Source of the DNA: Capsulimonadales bacterium
Lineage (GTDB): Bacteria > Armatimonadota > Armatimonadia > Armatimonadales > Armatimonadaceae
DNA length: 32,000 nucleotides
Direction of reading: 5' to 3'
NCBI GenBank assembly: GCA_033762295.1
Contig: JANRLW010000115.1
Span: 1-32,000 of the forward strand
The position numbers were made by a program, and so were the translations under genes. Shown in pieces: positions 24,029-30,085 of the stretch. The first letter of the stretch is position 1; the number at the start of each line of letters is the position of its first letter. The notes under the pieces are model-generated. The model saw only the letters and a list, made by a program, of their open reading frames with translations. It ran no database searches and had not been told where the DNA came from.

Positions 24029-24898
24029 CTACCCGAACGCGCCCAGCTGCTTCATCAGGCCGAGGTCGTTTTCGTTGACCCAGATCTCGGCGATCTTACC
24101 GCCCTGGAACACGAAGATATCGATGCCCTGATCCTTGATCTTATTGCCGGTCGGCGGCATTCCGAGGAACGGACCGTTGTGCGTTCCCTCGATGAACCAG
24201 CGAGCGGCGGCCTTGTCGCCCTCGGCGATCTGTCGCTCGATCGTGAACTTGATATCCGGGAAGCCGGTGCGCAGACCGGTGACGAAGCCGCGCATGCCGT
24301 CCTTGCCGCGGATCGGTTCCGGCAGGGTCGGGATATGGAACGAGAAGCGCTCGGCGATGATCTCGTCGATCACCTCGAACTTCCCCTCGCTCATCAGTTC
24401 GCCGAAATAGCGGCCCACGAGAGCGAGCTTTTCGTCGTTGGAGAGTTGTACCGGGGCGGGCGCTTCGGGCATCGGGATCGCGCCGATCTGAATCAGCAGG
24501 CCGAGCGTGTCCTCGTTGATGCGGGCTTCGACGAACTTGCCGTCCTTGAATCGGAGCCAGCTCATGCCGTCGATAACGAACGGGTTGCCCTTGGCCGGAA
24601 TATCGCCCTTCAGGGTCTTGAGCGGGGTGCCGGTGTGCGTGCCGCGCGCGGTCCAGTGTCCGACGACCGTATCGCCGTCGCCGAGCAGGTGCTCGACGGT
24701 GAACTTCAGGTCGGGGAACGCGCCGCGCAGCATGGTCACGAGGTCCTTGAACTCCTGACCGCGGTACGGTTCGACGTGGGTCGGGTTGGTGAACTCGAAC
24801 TCGTCGGCGAAGTACTGATCGACGAAGGTGAGATCGCCGGCGCTCATCAGTTCGGCGTAGTAGCGGCGGGCCAGTGTCTTGTTTTCTTCAACGGACAT
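24029..24898 (-). CDS. Tandem double SnoaL-like 'ester cyclase' (NTF2-fold) protein
   Basis: I place the start at the ATG at 24898 (MSVEENKTLARRYYAELMSAGDL...). There are two colinear halves: NKTLARRYYAELMSAGDLTFVDQYFADEFEFTNP...FPDLKFTVEHLLGDGDTVVGHWTARGTHTG, and KLALVGRYFGELMSEGKFEVIDEIIAERFSFHIP...FPDIKFTIERQIAEGDKAAARWFIEGTHNG. Confidence 0.75.
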   Translation of the reverse strand: MSVEENKTLARRYYAELMSAGDLTFVDQYFADEFEFTNPTHVEPYRGQEFKDLVTMLRGAFPDLKFTVEHLLGDGDTVVGHWTARGTHTGTPLKTLKGDIPAKGNPFVIDGMSWLRFKDGKFVEARINEDTLGLLIQIGAIPMPEAPAPVQLSNDEKLALVGRYFGELMSEGKFEVIDEIIAERFSFHIPTLPEPIRGKDGMRGFVTGLRTGFPDIKFTIERQIAEGDKAAARWFIEGTHNGPFLGMPPTGNKIKDQGIDIFVFQGGKIAEIWVNENDLGLMKQLGAFG

Positions 24899-24947
24899 CT
24901 TTTCGAATCTCTTTCCAGGGGCTCCGCCCCTCAAACCCCGACAGGGG

Positions 24948-24968
24948 CCGGGGGCACTCGGCCCCCGG
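24948..24968 (-). other. GC-rich stem-loop in intergenic spacer
   Basis: 8-bp stem ccgggggc / gcccccgg with loop actcg, just downstream of the stop at 24976. Further small G/C hairpins follow (ccccgacagggg). Confidence 0.35.
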
Positions 24969-24975
24969 AAAATAC

Positions 24976-25416
24976 TCAGCTTTCGGCGGGGGGATTCGGC
25001 GCGAGGGCTTCGGCGATATTGGTAAAGCCGGCCCAGGTCTTCTTGATCTTGCCCTGCTCGTTGAGCAGCGCGTAGTGGATGCCGGTGACCTTGGAGTCGC
25101 GGCCGGTCGGGGCGAACCCGGCGAACGGCGCGGCGTGGGTCCCGCCGAACTCCATGCGGGTGCAGACGATACGGCCGTCGGAGACGATGTCCTGAACGGT
25201 GTAGTGGGCATCCGGGAAGGCGGTGCGGAAGGCGGCGACGCGGGCCTTGAAGGCTTCGCGACCGGTCTTGACCGGACCGGAGCCGGACGCCAGCGCGGGG
25301 GCGTCGAACTCGTAGTCCTCGGCGTACATTTCGTCGATCAACTCGACATGGTTATCGGTCAGTACCTCGCCGAACAGGCGGCGGATCACGTTCTTGGCTT
25401 CTTCGGGAGTGGGCAT
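24976..25416 (-). CDS. SnoaL-like ester-cyclase family (NTF2-fold) protein
   Basis: 146 aa. AKNVIRRLFGEVLTDNHVELIDEMYAEDYEF...FPDAHYTVQDIVSDGRIVCTRMEFGGTHA is the same pattern as the neighbouring paralogs. Confidence 0.7.
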   Translation of the reverse strand: MPTPEEAKNVIRRLFGEVLTDNHVELIDEMYAEDYEFDAPALASGSGPVKTGREAFKARVAAFRTAFPDAHYTVQDIVSDGRIVCTRMEFGGTHAAPFAGFAPTGRDSKVTGIHYALLNEQGKIKKTWAGFTNIAEALAPNPPAES

Positions 25417-25448
25417 CGGTCTCTCCTAAAATCTCGAATGAATGAAAA

Positions 25449-25476
25449 GCGACGGTCTACGAGCGACGGTCTACGG
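25449..25476. repeat. 14-bp perfect-but-one tandem duplication spanning a stop codon
   Basis: gcgacggtctacga (25449-25462) is immediately followed by gcgacggtctacgg (25463-25476). The second copy contains the stop (cta, 25471-25473) of the 25471..25920 gene. Confidence 0.85.
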
Positions 25477-25920
25477 GTGGACGCCGTGGGCCTGGGCGGC
25501 GATCAGCGCGGCGCGCAACGGGGTGCCGTACTCGCAGATCCGGACATTCTTGAAGCGACCCTCGTCGTCGAACTGGACGAACCAGAGTTCCGCGCCGTGG
25601 ACCTTTTCGTTGGTCGGGGGAACGCCCGCGAACTCCTTGGCATGGGTGCCGCTATACGGCAGGTCGAAGGAGCCGCTGTTGCCCTCGACGATCAGGCTGG
25701 CGATATCGACCTGGACATCGGGAAACGCGTCGGTCCAGCCGAAGACGGCCTCACGGAAGATGGCGAAGCCGCTCGCCTGACCGGCGGCGGTCGGGACGCC
25801 GGGCGCTTCGAGCACGACATCGGGAGCGCAGATCTCCGACATGATGGAGTCGATTTTCTTCTCATTCAGACCGACCGCGACAAACTTCTTGATAGTCGCG
25901 ATGTTCTGCTCAACAGACAT
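25471..25920 (-). CDS. SnoaL-like ester-cyclase family (NTF2-fold) protein
   Basis: 149 aa. NIATIKKFVAVGLNEKKIDSIMSEICAPDVVLEAP...FPDVQVDIASLIVEGNSGSFDLPYSGTHA. AGGAGA precedes the ATG. Confidence 0.7.
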   Translation of the reverse strand: MSVEQNIATIKKFVAVGLNEKKIDSIMSEICAPDVVLEAPGVPTAAGQASGFAIFREAVFGWTDAFPDVQVDIASLIVEGNSGSFDLPYSGTHAKEFAGVPPTNEKVHGAELWFVQFDDEGRFKNVRICEYGTPLRAALIAAQAHGVHP

Positions 25921-25934
25921 GGTTCTAGTCTCCT

Positions 25935-25975
25935 GGAGGAAATAAATCCCGGACGGGCCGTTCGTAACGTCCGGG
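25935..25975 (-). terminator. Candidate operon-internal terminator or attenuator
   Basis: 8-bp stem cccggacg (25948-25955) / cgtccggg (25968-25975) with a 12-nt loop. On the minus strand it is followed by ATTTATTTCCTCC and sits directly upstream of the next gene's RBS. Confidence 0.35.
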
Positions 25976-26001
25976 CGAGAGGTCGTCGATCGCCGGACGG
26001 C

Positions 26002-26430
26002 TCAAACCAGCCGTTCGTGGACCGGCTTCAGATGGAACGCCTTCCAGAAGAAGGCATCGTAGTTGTGCTGGTCGCCCATAAGCACCGTCACCTCGGCGAT
26101 CTTGCCGTCGCGGATCACGTAGTAGTTGCAGTTGGTGACGTTGAGTTTCGCGCCGTCCGGCCCGTCGCCTTCGGCCATGTACACTTCCGCGACCGCGCCG
26201 TTGGTCAGTTCGCCCATGCCGAGCGGGGTGACATGCAGGCCCGCGCCGCGCAGCTTGCCGAAGAAACCGAGCACCTCATCGATGCCTTTCTTCTGTCCGG
26301 CGAGGGGGTGGTGACCGGGGAGGTTCCAGACGATCTCGGGATGGAAGATTTCGGACCGGAGCCGTTCCATATTGCCGGTCTTGAAACACTCGTACATGTG
26401 GTGCACGATTTCCACGTTCTCGGAAGCCAT
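26002..26430 (-). CDS. NTF2-like (SnoaL_2/ketosteroid-isomerase-like) protein
   Basis: I prefer the start at the ATG at 26430 (MASENVEIVHHMYECFKTGNMERL...) because GAAAGGA lies 9-15 nt upstream. An in-frame ATG at 26454 is possible. The pattern NVEIV..MY..F..GN.E.L......P.IVW..PG is typical of SnoaL_2-type proteins. Confidence 0.65.
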   Translation of the reverse strand: MASENVEIVHHMYECFKTGNMERLRSEIFHPEIVWNLPGHHPLAGQKKGIDEVLGFFGKLRGAGLHVTPLGMGELTNGAVAEVYMAEGDGPDGAKLNVTNCNYYVIRDGKIAEVTVLMGDQHNYDAFFWKAFHLKPVHERLV

Positions 26431-26455
26431 CTTTGCAATCCTTTCACGTTTCATG

Positions 26456-26512
26456 CGGGCGATCGCATCTCCGGCAGGAGATACGATCGCCCGTTACTTT
26501 ATTTGTAGGTTT
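26456..26512 (+). terminator. Long imperfect palindrome with a T-rich tail on the PLUS strand (terminator-like in the antisense orientation; alternatively an operator or RNA element)
   Basis: Bases 26456-26472 pair with 26477-26493 (cgggcgatcgcatctcc ggca ggagatacgatcgcccg), giving 16 of 17 pairs around a 4-nt loop. On the plus strand ttactttatttgtaggttt follows. On the minus strand there is no U-tail. Confidence 0.35.
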
Positions 26513-26567
26513 CGAGGGAAATGGTTCGCCGACCTCCCGGCCGACGAAAGATCATCGGTTTTCGGTC

Positions 26568-27056
26568 TTACAGTCGGGCGAAGCCGGGAGCGTACTGGAA
26601 GGGCACGACCACCGCGTTGTAGCTGACGATCTCCAGACCGAACTCGTTGCGATCGGTGCGGCGCAGGGTCCAGTGCTGGGTGGCATCCATGGCGGTACGT
26701 TTCGACTTGGCGGCCGGCGGGGTGAACCAGCTTGCCTGCCAGGCGACGACGACATCGACTTCCGCCCCGTCGCCCTCGATACGGGCGTCGACGCTGGCGA
26801 CGTTGTGGTTCTCATCGAAGAAGATATTGATAACGCCCGGCAACTGGTTACCGGCGGCCGTCGTGCCGCCGCGATACCAGGCGAGGAAATCGTTGAGACC
26901 TTCCAGAGTGCTCTCCGGAAAGATCATCTTCAGGTCCTCCGTCGCCAGAAAACGAACGATTTCGGCTTCGGGGGCGTGAAAGTCGAGCGCCTGATACCAG
27001 GCGGCGGCGAAAGCCTTGATATTCTCTTCGGACAACGGTTCCGTCTGCGTGCTCAT
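26568..27056 (-). CDS. NTF2-superfamily protein (divergent)
   Basis: 162 aa. ENIKAFAAAWYQALDFHAPEAEIVRFLATEDLKMIFPE..., then a beta-rich C-terminal half. GGAGGAAAGGA precedes the ATG at 27056. The fold assignment is from pattern only. Confidence 0.5.
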   Translation of the reverse strand: MSTQTEPLSEENIKAFAAAWYQALDFHAPEAEIVRFLATEDLKMIFPESTLEGLNDFLAWYRGGTTAAGNQLPGVINIFFDENHNVASVDARIEGDGAEVDVVVAWQASWFTPPAAKSKRTAMDATQHWTLRRTDRNEFGLEIVSYNAVVVPFQYAPGFARL

Positions 27057-27077
27057 GTCGTTTTCATGTCCTTTCCT

Positions 27078-27099
27078 CCGGGCGCCTGCGGGCGCCCGG
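27078..27099 (-). other. GC-rich stem-loop between the ThDP enzyme gene and the next gene
   Basis: 9-bp stem ccgggcgcc / ggcgcccgg with loop tgcg, extendable by a G-U and a C-G pair. On the minus strand it lies immediately 5' of the RBS GGAGGAAAGGA. Confidence 0.4.
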
Positions 27100-27132
27100 G
27101 GATTATGTTTTCCGCTACCTGCGGGTCGGGCG

Positions 27133-28848
27133 CTATTGACCGCAGGTGTTGCCGATACGCTCCGGATGGATGTTCCCCTCCAGTACCAGATCGATCAGGA
27201 ACGGTCCGGGGGTGGCGAGCATCTGTTCGATGGCGTGTTTGATCTGATACGGTTGTTCGACGCGCAGACCGGGTACTCCCAGGCCACGGGCGATATCGAC
27301 GAATCCGATCGGCGGATCGGAAAGATCGAAGGACAGCGGGTAGTCGTGCTTTTCGATCCCCTGTTCCTTCCAGAACTGGTCGATATTGAGCTGAAGCAGA
27401 CGGTACGAGCCGTTGTTGCAGATGACAAATTTCGCGCCGATATTATGCCGGGCGGCGGTCCAGAGCGCCTGAATGGTGTACATGCTGCCGCCGTCGCCGG
27501 TAAACCCGATGACGGTTTTCTCCGGGTTCGCGAGTTTGACGCCGATCGCGCCGGGGATGCCGACCCCGAGGCTGCCGCCGCGCGTCAGGAAGTATGCGTT
27601 CTCCCGCTGCGGCGTCAGGTAGCGAACGACGGCCGGCGAACTGGTCAGCGCCTCATCGAAGACGACGGCGTCCGGCGGCAGGTGCAGGGCCAGTTCCTTC
27701 GCGAACCGGGCCATGTGCATCGGCACGGCATCCCCTTCGGCGTCATCCTTCGCCTTATCGGCGGCGTCCTTCTCGGCCTTCGCTCTGGCCAGGGCGACGA
27801 CCCGCGCCTCGGCGGCGGCTTTCCGCTCCGGGGTCAGGACGGATTCCAGCACGTCGGCCAGCGCGGCCAGGCTCCGTTTGGGATCGGCGACGACGCCCAG
27901 ATCGACCGGATGGTTCTTGGCGATCTCGTAAGCGTTCAGATCGAAATGGATGGTCTTCGCGTTCTCCCCCCAGATGTCGCCGAGATGCGGGAAGACTTCG
28001 GGCACGATATAGGTGCCGACCACCAGATTGACATCGCCCTTTCGCAGCAGGGGCAGACTGGCGGAACCGAACATATGACCGGTCATTCCCTTGTAGCAGG
28101 GGTGACCGTAGGGCAGGTTCAGTTCTCCGGCATCCGCCTCCCAGACCTCCGCCCCGAGCAGGGTGGCGACCCGTCCGAGTTCCTCGGTCGCGCCGGAGTA
28201 GGCGACGCCATCGCCGATATAAATCATCGGCGTCTCGGCGTTCGCCAGCCACTCCGCCGCCTGCCGGAGGATTTCCGGGTCGGGCGCGGTCCGGGTGGAC
28301 GGGATCGACGCCGGTCGCACCGGCTCGACCGCCGGGGCGTCGAGGATATCGGCGGGCAGGCAGACATAGACCGGCCCCATCGGGGGGGTCGCGGCGATCT
28401 TGACGGCGCGGCGCAGCACCCGGAGCAGCGAGGACGGTTCCATGACCATCGTGCTCCACTTGGTGACCGGTTCCATGATGGCGACCAGGTCGGCGGCCAT
28501 CTGCGCATCCATCGCCATATACTTGATACCGGCGTCGCCGCCGATCACGACCAGCGGAGAGTGTCCGCGCTTCGCCTGATAAAGCGCGCCGACACCGTTC
28601 CCGATCCCCGGACTGCTGTGCAACTGGACCAGGGTCGGCTTTTTGGTCGCCCGGGCGTAACCATCGGCCGTCAGAACGGCGACGGACTCCTGCAGGGTCA
28701 GAATGTAGCGAAGATCGGGGTAATCCTTGAGCGCATCGAGAAATCCCTGCTCGACCGTCCCCGGGTTGCCGAACATGACGTTCATCCCGTCCGCCAGGAA
28801 CTGTTCCAGGATGGCGTGACGGCCTGTTTTGGGAGCCTGATCTGTCAT
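27133..28848 (-). CDS. Thiamine-diphosphate-dependent enzyme (benzoylformate-decarboxylase / acetolactate-synthase-like family)
   Basis: 571 aa. The N-terminal Pyr domain GMNVMFGNPGTVEQGFLDAL...YILTLQESVAVLTADGYARATKKPTLVQLHSSPGIGNGVGALYQAKRGHSPLVVIGG closely parallels the BFD/ALS pattern. The C-terminal ThDP-binding motif is GFTGDGGSMYTIQALWTAARHNIGAKFVICNNGSY (GDG...NN). Confidence 0.85.
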   Translation of the reverse strand: MTDQAPKTGRHAILEQFLADGMNVMFGNPGTVEQGFLDALKDYPDLRYILTLQESVAVLTADGYARATKKPTLVQLHSSPGIGNGVGALYQAKRGHSPLVVIGGDAGIKYMAMDAQMAADLVAIMEPVTKWSTMVMEPSSLLRVLRRAVKIAATPPMGPVYVCLPADILDAPAVEPVRPASIPSTRTAPDPEILRQAAEWLANAETPMIYIGDGVAYSGATEELGRVATLLGAEVWEADAGELNLPYGHPCYKGMTGHMFGSASLPLLRKGDVNLVVGTYIVPEVFPHLGDIWGENAKTIHFDLNAYEIAKNHPVDLGVVADPKRSLAALADVLESVLTPERKAAAEARVVALARAKAEKDAADKAKDDAEGDAVPMHMARFAKELALHLPPDAVVFDEALTSSPAVVRYLTPQRENAYFLTRGGSLGVGIPGAIGVKLANPEKTVIGFTGDGGSMYTIQALWTAARHNIGAKFVICNNGSYRLLQLNIDQFWKEQGIEKHDYPLSFDLSDPPIGFVDIARGLGVPGLRVEQPYQIKHAIEQMLATPGPFLIDLVLEGNIHPERIGNTCGQ

Positions 28849-28872
28849 GGGGTAGTTTTTCTCACGAGCGGA

Positions 28873-28902
28873 CCTCTCCCGCGAACGGTTCCGCGGGAGA
28901 GG
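28873..28902 (-). other. GC-rich stem-loop (C/T-rich arm family) between genes
   Basis: Perfect 11-bp stem cctctcccgcg (28873-28883) / cgcgggagagg (28892-28902) with an 8-nt loop. It lies between the stop at 28915 and the start at 28848, and has no U-tract. Confidence 0.45.
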
Positions 28903-28914
28903 CGGGGCGGACGA

Positions 28915-29736
28915 TTACCAGCCGAAGCGGGTGGTGCCTTTTTCGAGGACTTCGACCATCTTCTCTCCGGTCAGATAGGAGTCGTGGGTCGAGCGGCCCG
29001 TGATGAACGGGTAGTCGACGATCACCGACAGCTCCTTGCCGAAGTTGCCGATATACGCGCCGTCCGGAGCGGTGGCGTCGCGCAGGATGAACTCCAGCGG
29101 ATACGGCGGCGGACCCATGTTGAAGTCGGTCCCCATGAAGCCGGTGCCGTCCTTGTAGTCGTACTCCTTGCAGTGTCCGGTGACATGCTTGCCGGAGATG
29201 ATGCTTTTACCGTTCTGCCAGTCGCGGGCGAAGGCGAGACAGGTCACGCCGTAGCACTCCGCGCCGATCGGCTTGTTGTTGCGGTAGAAGTGCATGATGA
29301 TGTCGTGGACGCGCTGATTGTTGGCCATATCCACGATCGGCCCGCTTCCGCCGACGAGCAGCAGCGCATCGAACGAAGCGAGGAAGTTATCGGCCTCATC
29401 CTTGGCGTTGTTATACTTCTCCAGTTCTCGCACCAGGAACTCCGCGCTGTAATACGGGCGTTCCGGCATGATTTCGGAGAGGTTGAGCGGGTTGTCGAGG
29501 CGAGGAGACTTGTCGAGTTCGCGCACCTTGGCCGCCACTTCCGCGGTGGTCACCGGGCGTCCGAGCGGCGGGTCGACGTAGGATTCGTCCATGCTGGGCG
29601 GCAGTGCCGGGGCGCGCTTGCCTTTCGGCGTCGCGAAGGTCACTTCGTATCCCGCTTTATCGAACATTTCGAGGGGCCCGAGGAGTTCCTCTCCCCAGTA
29701 ACCGTATTCCGAGAGGATAACCAGGATTTTTTTCAT
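28915..29736 (-). CDS. Class I glutamine-amidotransferase-like / DJ-1-PfpI superfamily protein (Hsp31-like size)
   Basis: 273 aa. KKILVILSEYGYWGEELLGPLEMFDKAGYEVTFATPKG, ALLLVGGSGP, and the nucleophile-elbow-like KPIGAECYGVTCLA. It is the first gene after a 349-bp AT-rich spacer. Confidence 0.7.
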   Translation of the reverse strand: MKKILVILSEYGYWGEELLGPLEMFDKAGYEVTFATPKGKRAPALPPSMDESYVDPPLGRPVTTAEVAAKVRELDKSPRLDNPLNLSEIMPERPYYSAEFLVRELEKYNNAKDEADNFLASFDALLLVGGSGPIVDMANNQRVHDIIMHFYRNNKPIGAECYGVTCLAFARDWQNGKSIISGKHVTGHCKEYDYKDGTGFMGTDFNMGPPPYPLEFILRDATAPDGAYIGNFGKELSVIVDYPFITGRSTHDSYLTGEKMVEVLEKGTTRFGW

Positions 29737-30085
29737 AGGTCCTATCCGGCGTGAATTGGGATTGGAGTCGACGCCCGACGCGCCGCCACGATAACTTCAC
29801 CGTGGGGAGTTTCGCCGCAGGTATGTCGGGTTCCTCCCGCCCCCGATTAATTTACCGCCAAAATCTGCGAAAAACGGTTTTTTTCGAGATTGTTTCCTTT
29901 TTCACACCACGTTTCTTCGGTTCTTATGTCTATTTTCCGCAGGTTGAGTGTTCATTTTCCGTAATTTTACGTAAAAATTCAATGAACCCATGCATCAAGT
30001 TGACAAATATTAATCTATCGAAATCTTCAGGTTCCCCGGAATCCGCGATAAAGGCGCTTTTTGGACGACGGCACCGATCCGTTCG
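29737..30085 (-). promoter_or_regulatory. 349-bp AT-rich non-coding spacer; presumed promoter/leader of the 29736->19627 gene array
   Basis: This is the only long non-coding gap in the window, and its GC is much lower than the flanks (for example ttccgtaattttacgtaaaaattcaatgaa and ttgacaaatattaatctatcgaaatc). It lies directly upstream of the first gene of a co-directional, tightly spaced cluster. Confidence 0.5.
29954..29982 (-). promoter_or_regulatory. Candidate sigma70-like promoter (TTGAAT-17-GAAAAT on the minus strand) with the 12-bp perfect palindrome TTTTACGTAAAA (29965-29976) in its spacer
   Basis: Read directly from the sequence. The minus strand has ttgaat (plus 29977-29982), a 17-nt spacer containing the palindrome, then gaaaat (plus 29954-29959). 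The match to consensus is weak (4/6 and 4/6), and promoter consensus in this unidentified lineage is unknown. Confidence 0.25.

Noticed and set aside
26459-26491. GCGATCGC (cyanobacterial HIP1-like octamer) as a lineage marker
   Set aside because: I saw it only within the arms of one hairpin. One occurrence says nothing about taxonomy.
1418-29754. Very long plus-strand ORFs in the track (1418..2554, 4683..6512, 6595..8664, 8918..10792, 10803..11942, 11958..12986, 17372..19459, 20208..21671, 22746..23975, 24874..26508, 27016..29754)
   Set aside because: Each lies antisense to a minus-strand gene that has clear family motifs. Their translations are Arg/Gly/Pro/Asp-rich with no recognisable motifs, which is the usual open-antisense-frame artefact of high-GC DNA.
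30000-30014. Consensus TTGACA (30000-30005) and TATTAAT (30008-30014) on the plus strand as a promoter
   Set aside because: The two elements are only 2 nt apart, which is the wrong spacing. No plus-strand gene follows; the downstream DNA is the 3' end of a minus-strand gene.
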